The position numbers were made by a program, and so were the translations under genes. Below, piece by piece: positions 35,067 through 44,418 of a stretch of DNA of 64,000 nt. This DNA comes from Candidatus Altimarinota bacterium (GTDB lineage Bacteria > Patescibacteriota > Gracilibacteria > UBA1369), in contig OY782391.1 in NCBI GenBank assembly GCA_963677745.1, positions 64,001 through 128,000 on the forward strand. Direction: 5' to 3'. The notes below the pieces were generated by a model. It did no database searches, was not told where the DNA came from, and was given only the letters and a program-made list of their open reading frames with translations. Every line of letters begins with the position of its first letter. The first letter of the stretch is position 1.

Positions 35067-36053
35067 ATGACGCAATCCAATTTTGGACCCGGAATGTTCG
35101 GACAACCTCAACCTACTGCCCAGGTTCAGCCTGGCCTGCCCGTGCCCCCTGCGCCACCCGCACCGCAACCGCAGCCCACGTTCGGAGGCCCGCCTGCGCC
35201 TACTGCGCAGCAGGCGGTGGGGCAGCCTCTGCCTCAGATTGCTCCCCCCGCCGGTCCGGTTCAACCCGGCCAGCAGGGTGGACAGCAGTTCGCGCAGCAG
35301 CCCGGCCAGCCTCAGCCGCAGTACCAGCCGCCCCCGCGGGCACGCAGCCGCCTGGGCTGGCTGATGGCGCTGTTGGCATTGATTGGCGCGGCCATCGTGG
35401 CGGCCATCATGCTCGGGCCGGGATGCAATTCTGCTCCCCCGCCCCCGCCCGGACCGTCCACGCCGCCGTCAGCCTACCTGACTGAGCCAGAGGCGGTGGG
35501 AAGCTCCCTGTGCCAGACCGTCCTTGCCGGAAAGCAGGCGGTCAACTGGTACATGGTCTTCACCTCGCTCGAGGCTCGCCAGACCTACGCAGCACGTCTG
35601 TGCGTAGGACCTGGGGGACGCTTCCAGGTGGCCGACAACGCCAAGATCGTCGGGCAGAGCGTGTACATCCGCGAAGGCGGGCACGACTCTGTCGGCACGA
35701 TCGACACGAAGTACAAGCTGAGCGACGCGTTCGCTGGGAAGCTGTACGCCCGTGTGGTGGGCAAGGACGGTTCGCAGTTCGGGTTCGCCAACCCTCTGCT
35801 GGTGTACGTCGAGAGCGGCAATGCCTTCGACGACTGCAGCCAGTACAAGGGCATGACGGAGCCGGCCGCCGATGACATGGTGGCCTGGCAGATCTGGTGG
35901 CGCTGCAACTTCGGGGACCGCAAGGGCCCCAAGGGAGACCGTGGCCCCGCCGGACCCCGAGGTCCGAAGGGAGATACGGGCCCCCAGGGTTCCGCGGCTC
36001 CTTCGGCCCTGCCGCCGATTGCCCCTGTGGATGTCGACACCAACTCGCCGTAA
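35067..36053 (+). CDS. GC-rich Pro/Gln-rich single-TM protein with short collagen-like repeat
   Basis: AGGAGG 8 nt before ATG 35067; TM WLMALLALIGAAIVAAIML; GPKGDRGPAGPRGPKGDTGPQG. Confidence 0.8.
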   Translation: MTQSNFGPGMFGQPQPTAQVQPGLPVPPAPPAPQPQPTFGGPPAPTAQQAVGQPLPQIAPPAGPVQPGQQGGQQFAQQPGQPQPQYQPPPRARSRLGWLMALLALIGAAIVAAIMLGPGCNSAPPPPPGPSTPPSAYLTEPEAVGSSLCQTVLAGKQAVNWYMVFTSLEARQTYAARLCVGPGGRFQVADNAKIVGQSVYIREGGHDSVGTIDTKYKLSDAFAGKLYARVVGKDGSQFGFANPLLVYVESGNAFDDCSQYKGMTEPAADDMVAWQIWWRCNFGDRKGPKGDRGPAGPRGPKGDTGPQGSAAPSALPPIAPVDVDTNSP

Positions 36054-36265
36054 GGCAGAAGGTGCACGCACAGTCCACCCGGGCACACTTACCGACATCA
36101 ACTCGCCGCAAGGCTCGCAGATGATGTCCAAAACTCACGGGGGCGCGGTGTAGCGGCAAGCGCGAACCTCCCCCCATGCGGCCCGTCTACGCCGCGTCCC
36201 CGTGACTATCTCAATTCAGCTACCCGCCCCCCGAAAGGAGGCAATGACGAAAACAGAAGAGGAAT
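36027..36265 (+). ncRNA. Structured 3' trailer RNA
   Basis: Tandem GNRA hairpins, 19-bp stem 36135-36205, segment complementary to the 5' leader. Confidence 0.5.
36036..36114 (+). repeat. 21-nt direct repeat (19/21 identical)
   Basis: GACACCAACTCGCCGTAAGGC (36036-36056) and GACATCAACTCGCCGCAAGGC (36094-36114). Confidence 0.8.
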
Positions 36266-36266
36266 A

Positions 36267-36306
36267 GCCCCAGGTCTACCGCATGGTATGACCCGGGGTT
36301 TTCCTT
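36267..36306 (+). terminator. Intrinsic terminator-like hairpin
   Basis: GCCCC-A-GGTC-TACC-GCAT-GGTA-T-GACC-C-GGGGT followed by TTTCCTT. Confidence 0.55.
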
Positions 36307-36356
36307 ATGTACTTTAAATTCCATCGTCAAATTCTGATCGGCAGATCTGCAAAAAA

Positions 36357-36728
36357 TCAGTCCTTGGCCACCAGATAAAATTCAATCATTGTTACCGCTG
36401 CGATCAAAAGCAGTCCCGACCACCAGGTCAAAACTCCCAACAACTGAAACAGCAGGCATCCCAGCGTAATCAATGTCAGTAAAATCCCCTGCCTCAGTGA
36501 GACATTAATATGATCGTAATATATTTCATTTTTATTGAACCAGACCCTTATATAAAAACCGACAATCGTAAAGGTGCAGGTTAACGCAAAAAACAGACTG
36601 ATGAAAAACATCGCCAGTGCCAAGCCGGTGGAAGCCCAAACATCCAGTTTATCAATCACCAGATAAAAGGCCAGCCAGCTGATCAGCGCGGCCACTCCAA
36701 TTATCAAGATGTATCTTTGGTGTGTCAT
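36357..36728 (-). CDS. Four-TM membrane protein
   Basis: Hydrophobic, SLRQG motif. Confidence 0.75.
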   Translation of the reverse strand: MTHQRYILIIGVAALISWLAFYLVIDKLDVWASTGLALAMFFISLFFALTCTFTIVGFYIRVWFNKNEIYYDHINVSLRQGILLTLITLGCLLFQLLGVLTWWSGLLLIAAVTMIEFYLVAKD

Positions 36729-36745
36729 TTTCTTAACCTAAGCTA

Positions 36746-37339
36746 CTACAAAGCATTGGCTTCTTCAATTTTTTTTATCAGTAACGGCAGTTTTCTCATA
36801 TCTTCCTCCAGAGTTGTTCGCAGCGCGGGGTTATACAATGCGGCGGCGGGGTGATAAAGGGGAAATATCACCTGTTTTTCCGAAAAAATACCGGTAACCC
36901 TTTTGGCCTGGCCATGAATGTCCGAAATCCTGAAGCCGGGCAAAAATCTTGCCATTGAATGCCTTCCCAGCGTCACCAGAAGCAAGGGTTTAATCATTTT
37001 CAACTGCGCATCCAGATACTTGAAACAGGCCTCCACCTCTTCCGGCAGCGGATCCCGGTTGTTGGGCGGCCGGCACTTCACCACATTGGTAATGTAGACG
37101 TCATCCCTATTCATTCCAATGTCCTCCAGCATCTTGTTTAAATACTTGCCGGCCGCCCCGACGAATGGTTTCCCCTGAATATCTTCATCTTTTCCCGGCC
37201 CCTCTCCCACAAACATGATTTTTGCGGAATAACTTCCGGCTCCAGGCACTGCCTGAATTCTTCCTTTACACAAGCCGCAATCAGAACACCCCCTAATTTT
37301 CTCCTCAATTTCCCTCATTGGTATCAGATTTTCCTCCAT
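36746..37339 (-). CDS. udg: Uracil-DNA glycosylase family 4
   Basis: CxxC Fe-S, GEGPG, PFVG, NVVKCRPPNNR, YHPAA. Confidence 0.93.
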   Translation of the reverse strand: MEENLIPMREIEEKIRGCSDCGLCKGRIQAVPGAGSYSAKIMFVGEGPGKDEDIQGKPFVGAAGKYLNKMLEDIGMNRDDVYITNVVKCRPPNNRDPLPEEVEACFKYLDAQLKMIKPLLLVTLGRHSMARFLPGFRISDIHGQAKRVTGIFSEKQVIFPLYHPAAALYNPALRTTLEEDMRKLPLLIKKIEEANAL

Positions 37340-37352
37340 AAACTGCAAATAA

Positions 37353-38303
37353 TTATTCTGAAACAGGATTAGTTTTAACCTCCACTGTACGTTTAATTAC
37401 AAAACGGATCAATAAAAGTGCCAATCCGACAACACCAAACATGATCGACATTCGCTGTACCTCTGTAACCAGAAACTTAAGCAAATAAAGCAAAAATTCC
37501 TGACTGCGGGGGTCTCCCAGATCTCCTTTTATTCCTGTTAAAGCCGCTCCCAAGGCATATGAAAAACCATAACCGGCAATCCCAGCCATCACAAAACCCG
37601 TCGAAACATAAGCAAGTATGGAAGAAATTTTCCCATAAATTACCAAAGCGATCAGAGCTATAATTCCAATCAAAACCAGAAAAGACAGATCACGGTATTT
37701 TTCAATTTTCACCAGCTCGGCAATCGGGAAAGCCCGGTCAATATTACTCAGTTCTTCCGGAATAGTATTATAGACAGTGGCTTCAAAATTATCGGTGAGA
37801 GGTTTCACTACTTCCTCATAGGGCACTGACTTCGGCACACAGGCGGGAACAGTGTGTTCACTGATTTCCAACAATTCATCATTGGAACAGGTAGGTAGCT
37901 TTTGATAAATCAGGTAAGCCAGATTGTTACCCACCGTCAATAGATTGGCTCTGAGTGTCTGCAACGATAAAACCAGCGGTCTGGATGGATCCTTTTTGTA
38001 TAAATCCATCTGATCGGCAAAATCGTTCAGTGTACTGGTAAAAATCTTTTTTGAGAAAACTTTTTCCACCTGCGTGCGCAACTCACTGGCACTAAAATAG
38101 CCTTTGAAAAAATCACTTTCGCGCTGTAGTACCTCAACAGTTTTGTCCAGGGTGAAATCATAAACTTTTTGTACCAATTCGTCCTTTGAATAAAAATCCC
38201 TGTTCAAATAAGTCCGGGAAATGCCGTATACCACAAAATTAGGTACAGCCAGGACAACAAACATAATCACTAAAAACGAAGCCGTAAGTTTTCTGAGTAT
38301 CAT
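37353..38303 (-). CDS. Hypothetical membrane protein
   Basis: N-terminal TM, extracytoplasmic loop, three C-terminal TMs. Confidence 0.75.
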   Translation of the reverse strand: MILRKLTASFLVIMFVVLAVPNFVVYGISRTYLNRDFYSKDELVQKVYDFTLDKTVEVLQRESDFFKGYFSASELRTQVEKVFSKKIFTSTLNDFADQMDLYKKDPSRPLVLSLQTLRANLLTVGNNLAYLIYQKLPTCSNDELLEISEHTVPACVPKSVPYEEVVKPLTDNFEATVYNTIPEELSNIDRAFPIAELVKIEKYRDLSFLVLIGIIALIALVIYGKISSILAYVSTGFVMAGIAGYGFSYALGAALTGIKGDLGDPRSQEFLLYLLKFLVTEVQRMSIMFGVVGLALLLIRFVIKRTVEVKTNPVSE

Positions 38304-38366
38304 ATTAAAATATCTGATAAATCTCTTTTCGGCGGAATTATAGTTAAATGCTGCCGAAAAGAAAAA

Positions 38367-39425
38367 CTAGGACTGAATTTTGACTTCCGGAATTTGTAAA
38401 ATATTGCTTAAAAGTTCCTGCGGACTGGCATTTCCAATCTGTTTCTGTCCTTCTTCCGGCAAGGAAGCCGAAAACGGAAGAACTTTCCATCTAATTTCCT
38501 GATGAATTCTTCCCGGCATGGAAAATCCGGCTGCCTTTTTATGCCCGCCACCACCGAACAGTCCGGCCAATTGTGCCAGATCCACATCATCTCGCCTGGT
38601 TCTGAAAGAACCTTTCACGTTACCCTTCTCGTCTTCATTGATTAAAACAGTAAATTTTGACCCCGGCACGGCATTTAAAAAATCAACCAGCCCTGATAAT
38701 TCATCCGCTTTGGCATCAATTTCCTGTAAATCATTATTTGTCAAAACCGTCACCACCACTCCCTGATCGTTGATTGAAGCTCGTTCGAGAGCCTTTCCCC
38801 AAGCCTTTAAAGTGGTTATGGGAGTGCTTCTGAACAAATTTTTTGCAATAATATTCACCCTCCCCCCCGCCTCCATCAGTTTCCCGGTTATCTCAAACAC
38901 TTCAAGACTGGTGTTTTGATGCATCAGACTGCCTGTATCATTGTATATACCGCAAAGCATCGCGGTAGCGATCGCCGGCGAGATTTTAATATCCAAAAAC
39001 TGAAATATTTTATAAAGAATCACAGTGGCTGAAGCGCTGTTGACGTCCACAACATTAACCGTGCCAAAATTATCATTGGAAGGGTGATGATCAATGTTGA
39101 CCACAGGAACCTTTCCACTAAAGATGCCGGGATATATCTCATGATATTTGGTCATATAGGAAGCTCCTGCATCAGAAACTATAATTAAATCGTAATCCTC
39201 ATAATTAAATTCTCTGATAAATTTTCTGGATTCGGGCAAAAAATGGAAACGTTCGGGCAAGTCATCAATACAGGCCATCTCGACTTCCTTATTCATTTCC
39301 TTGAAAGCCAGATACAATGCAACTGTGGCACCCAGCGAATCTCCATCCGGTTTCTTGTGGGCGATACAAAGAATTCTTTTGGACTCTTTGATCAATTTCC
39401 CGAATTTTATGAATACTTCTTGCAT
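38367..39425 (-). CDS. nrnA: DHH/DHHA1 oligoribonuclease/pAp phosphatase
   Basis: H.KPDGD, IDHH, DTG, GGGHKKAAG. Confidence 0.92.
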   Translation of the reverse strand: MQEVFIKFGKLIKESKRILCIAHKKPDGDSLGATVALYLAFKEMNKEVEMACIDDLPERFHFLPESRKFIREFNYEDYDLIIVSDAGASYMTKYHEIYPGIFSGKVPVVNIDHHPSNDNFGTVNVVDVNSASATVILYKIFQFLDIKISPAIATAMLCGIYNDTGSLMHQNTSLEVFEITGKLMEAGGRVNIIAKNLFRSTPITTLKAWGKALERASINDQGVVVTVLTNNDLQEIDAKADELSGLVDFLNAVPGSKFTVLINEDEKGNVKGSFRTRRDDVDLAQLAGLFGGGGHKKAAGFSMPGRIHQEIRWKVLPFSASLPEEGQKQIGNASPQELLSNILQIPEVKIQS

Positions 39426-39483
39426 CAATTGCTAAAATTAGTGTTAAATTCTAGTACCAATTGATCTAAAGCGCAAGCAACAA

Positions 39484-40422
39484 ATGTCTGATAAAACCAC
39501 CATAGTTTTCCTGGGAAGTCCAGACTTCGCCTGTTCTTTTCTGGATAAGTTGTCCCGTGACTCCAGATTTGAGGTTTTGGCCGCAATTACGCAGGAAGAT
39601 AAGCCCAGCGGACGCAAAAAAATACTTACCCCCACCCCCGTTAAAAAACTCGCCCTTAGTTTGGGAATTCCTGTTTTTCAGCCCCCCCGATTGAATAAAG
39701 ACCTGGAATTAATCGAACATCTGCGCGTACTTAACCCGGATTTTCTGCTTGTAGTGGCCTATGGGCAGATTGTAAGCCAGAAAGTACTTGATTTACCCAA
39801 AATTAAAGCAATCAACGTACACGGATCCCTGCTACCCGCCTATCGGGGAGCTTCTCCCATTGAACAATCATTACTCAATGGAGATTCCGAAACGGGACTT
39901 TCCATTATGGAAATGGTACTGATGATGGACGCCGGCCCCGTTTTTACAACAATCCGCCAGCAAATTCTCCCCACAGACAATGATCTGACGCTCCGCCAAA
40001 AATTATCGGAAAAGGGATCTTCCGCTTTGCCGGATATTCTGATGCAAATTAAAACCGGCCAGCTTCAGGGACAACCGCAGGATCAGTCAAAAGTGACTTT
40101 TTGTCAGAAAATCAATAAAACCGACGGGCTGATCGATCCTTTGACTCAAACCGCCCGACAGATTTTCAACCGCTACCGGGCGTTTATTCTTTGGCCGGGC
40201 ATTTTCCTTAATTTTCAGGGCAAACAGCTCAAACTGCTAAGTCTTCAGCCCGCTGCGGATAACCTCCCTGCCCCGTCCCCCGGAAAATTTCATAGTATTG
40301 AGAATCGGCTATATCTTGGCTGTCTGGAAGGAACTTTGGAAATTTTATCCCTTCAGCTGGAAGGTAAAACGGCTCAGAACACCGAAATCTTTCTGCGGGG
40401 CAACCGGCATCTATTTGATTAA
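39484..40422 (+). CDS. fmt: Methionyl-tRNA formyltransferase
   Basis: FLGSPDFA, VVAYGQI, NVHGSLLPAYRGASPI, MDAGP. Confidence 0.96.
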   Translation: MSDKTTIVFLGSPDFACSFLDKLSRDSRFEVLAAITQEDKPSGRKKILTPTPVKKLALSLGIPVFQPPRLNKDLELIEHLRVLNPDFLLVVAYGQIVSQKVLDLPKIKAINVHGSLLPAYRGASPIEQSLLNGDSETGLSIMEMVLMMDAGPVFTTIRQQILPTDNDLTLRQKLSEKGSSALPDILMQIKTGQLQGQPQDQSKVTFCQKINKTDGLIDPLTQTARQIFNRYRAFILWPGIFLNFQGKQLKLLSLQPAADNLPAPSPGKFHSIENRLYLGCLEGTLEILSLQLEGKTAQNTEIFLRGNRHLFD

Positions 40423-41790
40423 ACTTTCCCTGTGCTTCCGGTAGTCCAGATATAGCATGGCCATCACTAAGGTCAACAGCACCTGCCCCGGCCAGAGAGT
40501 GTAAAAATAATGATCAAGCAAACTCAGGGGTACCATCCCGATTAACAATCCCAGGTATATTTTTGCTGGATATTTTTGTTCATTAACCACTCTTCTCATC
40601 GAGTAAAAGACCATTTTTATGGCAGTAACAAATATCACCATCCAGAAAAACAGTCCGGCTACACCCAATTCCGCCCAGGCCATCATGAAAAAATTATGAG
40701 CGGGCTGCATCAGCCAGGGACTGAGTGTTTCCGGATAATATCTGGCCATTTCCAAAACAAAGTTTCCGGCGCCCACACCAAACCAGGGATTTTTCATAAT
40801 TACTTCACCGGCAATATTTGTAAAAATCAGTCTTTCATCCCATGATTGAATGGAAAAATTGACTATCCTCGCCAATATCACCTGATCGAGACTGAATACC
40901 GTCAAAATAAACAGAATCATCACCGCGGCCAAAAGCAGTTGTTTCCAGTGTATTTTGAAGGCCCTTTCCACCAGAGCCATAATTACCAAAAGAAACATGG
41001 CCAGCCAGGCCGACCTGGAAAAACTGATCAAAATACCAATTAAAAATATGATCAGAAAATGCAGGTTTTTCAGCAAATTCTCCTTTTTTAGTGACTGCAG
41101 CAGGAAGGCCAGACAAATAAAAATATATCCTCCGAAAAGATTGGCATGGGCAAAGGTACCGTAAGCCCTCAGCAATTTCTCTCCGCCCAGATTGATTCTG
41201 GCAATATTTAGATATTCCGCCCCCAGTCTGGGTTCTCCCAAAAACCACAGTCCCAGGTCAGACTGACTCAAATATTGTCCAAAACCTATAATTGTCTGCA
41301 AAACGGCTCCGTAAAACAAATATTTAATGATGGTCTGGCGATCTATCACCTCTGTTATAATGAGATACACCAAAATCCCCAATTCCAGCCATTTATAGGC
41401 ATATAATAAAGCCAGCAACTTATCTCCGGCCCAAAACACGGAAAGAATATTAATCATTACCACACCCGTCCATCCGGCGATCATCATGACGTCCAGGGAA
41501 CCCGGCCGAAAACTGAAAAAATCATTTTTACCGTGTCCCCTTACTTTATCAAATGCCGTAAACAACAATGAAAAGATCAAAAACAATTCGCTTAATCCTA
41601 AAAAGACGCTGCTGAAAAAATTAAACTGACCGGAAAACAGCTCCGACTTATAAATCAAAGTCTGTATTTGAAGCGGAAAAGACAATAAAAACAATTTTAA
41701 ACACCAGGCGCTCAAAGCCTTCGGGTTAAATTTGTCTTTCCAGCCAACCCGGTGGTGCAGATTGCTGATGTGTTTTAAAATTCTTCTCAT
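40411..41790 (-). CDS. O-antigen ligase family (Wzy_C) protein
   Basis: RAYGTFAHAN, SFSRSAW, GVGAGNF, PAHN..AELG. Confidence 0.88.
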   Translation of the reverse strand: MRRILKHISNLHHRVGWKDKFNPKALSAWCLKLFLLSFPLQIQTLIYKSELFSGQFNFFSSVFLGLSELFLIFSLLFTAFDKVRGHGKNDFFSFRPGSLDVMMIAGWTGVVMINILSVFWAGDKLLALLYAYKWLELGILVYLIITEVIDRQTIIKYLFYGAVLQTIIGFGQYLSQSDLGLWFLGEPRLGAEYLNIARINLGGEKLLRAYGTFAHANLFGGYIFICLAFLLQSLKKENLLKNLHFLIIFLIGILISFSRSAWLAMFLLVIMALVERAFKIHWKQLLLAAVMILFILTVFSLDQVILARIVNFSIQSWDERLIFTNIAGEVIMKNPWFGVGAGNFVLEMARYYPETLSPWLMQPAHNFFMMAWAELGVAGLFFWMVIFVTAIKMVFYSMRRVVNEQKYPAKIYLGLLIGMVPLSLLDHYFYTLWPGQVLLTLVMAMLYLDYRKHRESLIK

Positions 41791-41793
41791 ATT

Positions 41794-43335
41794 TTACTTG
41801 GTTGACGCTTTTGTGTCCGTGTTTGAGGTCTTTGCGTCAGCTGCAGTGGAAGTGGTTTTAGTCGTTGTGGTTGATTTGGAGGTTGTGGCGGTACCTTTGG
41901 GAATAATGGGAGGTGAAGCCAAAATACCGTCGGATGGCAAAATCTTATTAATGGCGCCTTCAGCTTCCCTGATGGCTGCCGAGGCATTGGAGGTAGTCGC
42001 CAGTACGGAATCAATTGCCTTGGAAAAAATCTGCTTATACAAATCCCAGTCATAAATAAGAATACTTTCTGCAAATCCTGACTGTTCCGCAAAAACACCG
42101 TAAACCGAATCCTGTTTTTGTGACTCGATCAAATCTCTTCTGGATGTAGGGCGATGGGTCTTTTCATTGTAGTAAGTCAAATTATCCTTGGAGGTTACAA
42201 ACATCAGAAACTCCCAGGCCGCTTCCGGATTTTCCGAATTTCGGCTGACCGTCTCCACAAAATAATTGGCATAAGCATCTCGTTTTTCCGTCGAGGTCTG
42301 GGGGTCGTTAACCTGCGGTACCGGAGAAATCTTGACCAGATCAGGATTAATCGTAGCAACTCCCTGGTCTTTTAACTGTTTAATTTCCGTTTTTATCTGT
42401 TCATAGAGATAGGAATAACCAAAGATAGTGGCAACCTTCCCCCTGGCAAAAGCTTCCATCTCCTTTACGTCGGATTTGGGATCGGCCATGTATTCATTCC
42501 AGGAATAATTTTTATTGGAGGCCAGACCGAAACTTGTATAAAGTTTCAACGCTTCCACCGCTGGATTATAGGTTACGCTGGTTGAACCGACGGCAGTTTG
42601 TTTGGCAAATTCAGCCTGGTTCAGTTTTTCGTTATAAAACGCAACCTTATACTGCAACATCATCAGATAAAGTATATCCATCGCCCGGGAGATGTTATCC
42701 GAACGTCCGATGGCGGTACCAGCAACTTCAAAACGCTCAAAACTGTTATCCGCCTTGGTCAGCTTAAACACATCATCCATGAAACCGTCCCAGGTGGCGG
42801 CGGGTTTCCCCCGTGACGCAACTCTGTCCTCGTACAGGCCTTTGTTATAATAAAGTGCCAGTGTGTCTATCGCCATCGGCAAACCGAACACCTTGGTTTC
42901 TCCGTCTCGCGGGTCCGTAAAAACAAGATCTTTTTCAGCCACACTTACAAAGGTGTCGGCAAAATCCTTTGGACTGCCCATATTCGTCGGCAAAGCAGAA
43001 ATCTTTTTGGCATTCTTCTTTATCCAGTAATTGGGAACCGAAAAAATATCAGGCCCCTCACCTTCCGCCAATTCATTCAAAATTGTGCGATAATACTCTT
43101 CCTGGTCGCTAAACATCTTGTATTTGATGGTTACGCCGGGATGAGTGGAAATATACTGCTGAATGAGAGGTTTCATAATATCCTCCTGATCGAAGAGTTT
43201 ATAATAAACCAGTTCTATCAATTTTGGCGCGGCGGCCTTTTGGGTGGCCTGTTTTTTCAGACATCCGCCAAGAAGCGTCAGCGATAATATGCAGACCATC
43301 ACTACCGCCAATTTTTTTTTGATGTTTGTTTTCAT
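41794..43335 (-). CDS. Extracellular solute-binding lipoprotein (sugar ABC type)
   Basis: LGGC lipobox, GEGPDIF, DTLALYYNK, AWEFL. Confidence 0.88.
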   Translation of the reverse strand: MKTNIKKKLAVVMVCILSLTLLGGCLKKQATQKAAAPKLIELVYYKLFDQEDIMKPLIQQYISTHPGVTIKYKMFSDQEEYYRTILNELAEGEGPDIFSVPNYWIKKNAKKISALPTNMGSPKDFADTFVSVAEKDLVFTDPRDGETKVFGLPMAIDTLALYYNKGLYEDRVASRGKPAATWDGFMDDVFKLTKADNSFERFEVAGTAIGRSDNISRAMDILYLMMLQYKVAFYNEKLNQAEFAKQTAVGSTSVTYNPAVEALKLYTSFGLASNKNYSWNEYMADPKSDVKEMEAFARGKVATIFGYSYLYEQIKTEIKQLKDQGVATINPDLVKISPVPQVNDPQTSTEKRDAYANYFVETVSRNSENPEAAWEFLMFVTSKDNLTYYNEKTHRPTSRRDLIESQKQDSVYGVFAEQSGFAESILIYDWDLYKQIFSKAIDSVLATTSNASAAIREAEGAINKILPSDGILASPPIIPKGTATTSKSTTTTKTTSTAADAKTSNTDTKASTK

Positions 43336-43411
43336 AATTCTTAGAAGAATTTTCCTTTATCAAACCGTTGTTTTACGGGTTGATTTTTTATGACTTTCCC
43401 GCCAATTATAA

Positions 43412-44347
43412 TCATTTACGCCTGCTTTTCCTACCCATTTTTAATCCTCTCAAAAAGTATTTTTTGGAAAGCAGGTAAAAATACAGATTATGAAATTTGT
43501 CAGCGGACAAGGACTTGATTGCAGAAAGAGTCGCCATTAAAGGCCAGTTGGTAAGACAACGTAACAGCAGATATTTAAAAAACCCGGGTACTTTGGCCAG
43601 TTTGGGATGTTTTTTGTGAATAATCCAGGCCGACTTGCCGATCGCCTCCATTCTGGCCGGCAGGGACTTTTCATCCATATAATGATGATGGTAGGCCAAC
43701 GCCCAGGAATTATAATAAAGCTTCATATACGCCTCTTTCTCCAGTCTGTACCCGAGTTCAATATCCTCCCAGCCATAACTGCTGAAGGCGGGGTCAAAAG
43801 GATATTTGTCCAAAAGTGATTTTTTGAGGGAAAGATTGGAAGTATAAAAAAAATTATAATTAGCCAGCTTTCTTCCATGCAGTTTTTCATAAGCGAACTG
43901 ATGGCCTCCAAATCTTCCCAAAATTGATGATCCATTGACCATCCAGCGCATAAAAATGTTTTGTTTCAATTCCGGATGCCAGGCGGTAAAGCCAAGAACC
44001 ACTGCGTTCTCCTCCGGATACAAATAATGAAATTTCTGATGTTCGTACAAAAAATCGTGGGTAGGAATTATATCATCCTGTCCCAATACTATAATCGTCC
44101 CCCTGGCAATTTTGATTCCGGCGTTCCTAGCCACTCCCTGTCCCTGATTCTTTTGCTTGATAAAAACAAAATTTTTGTGGGAAGTCCTGAATTTTTTCAA
44201 GACTTTTTCAGTGGAGTCAGTACTCCCGTCATTCACAACAATCACCTCATAATCCACTTCTTGTACCGACTGACTGTACCAGGCAGTCAGCGCTTTTTCC
44301 AGAACCTCAGCCCGATTATAAGTTGGAATAACAACACTAAAAAACAT
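43412..44347 (-). CDS. GT2 glycosyltransferase
   Basis: SVVIPTYNR, VNDGSTD, ARNAG, GWEDIELGYR. Confidence 0.92.
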   Translation of the reverse strand: MFFSVVIPTYNRAEVLEKALTAWYSQSVQEVDYEVIVVNDGSTDSTEKVLKKFRTSHKNFVFIKQKNQGQGVARNAGIKIARGTIIVLGQDDIIPTHDFLYEHQKFHYLYPEENAVVLGFTAWHPELKQNIFMRWMVNGSSILGRFGGHQFAYEKLHGRKLANYNFFYTSNLSLKKSLLDKYPFDPAFSSYGWEDIELGYRLEKEAYMKLYYNSWALAYHHHYMDEKSLPARMEAIGKSAWIIHKKHPKLAKVPGFFKYLLLRCLTNWPLMATLSAIKSLSADKFHNLYFYLLSKKYFLRGLKMGRKSRRK

Positions 44348-44418
44348 GTACTATTGCTTAAACCTGAACAATAGTACATGAATCGGATTAAAACATAAAT
44401 AGCTTTGCCACAGCCCGG

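Noticed and set aside
35004-36177. Several long alternative-frame and antisense ORFs over the GC-rich gene
   Set aside because: Expected from stop-codon scarcity at high GC; only 35067-36053 has an SD and a coherent domain layout
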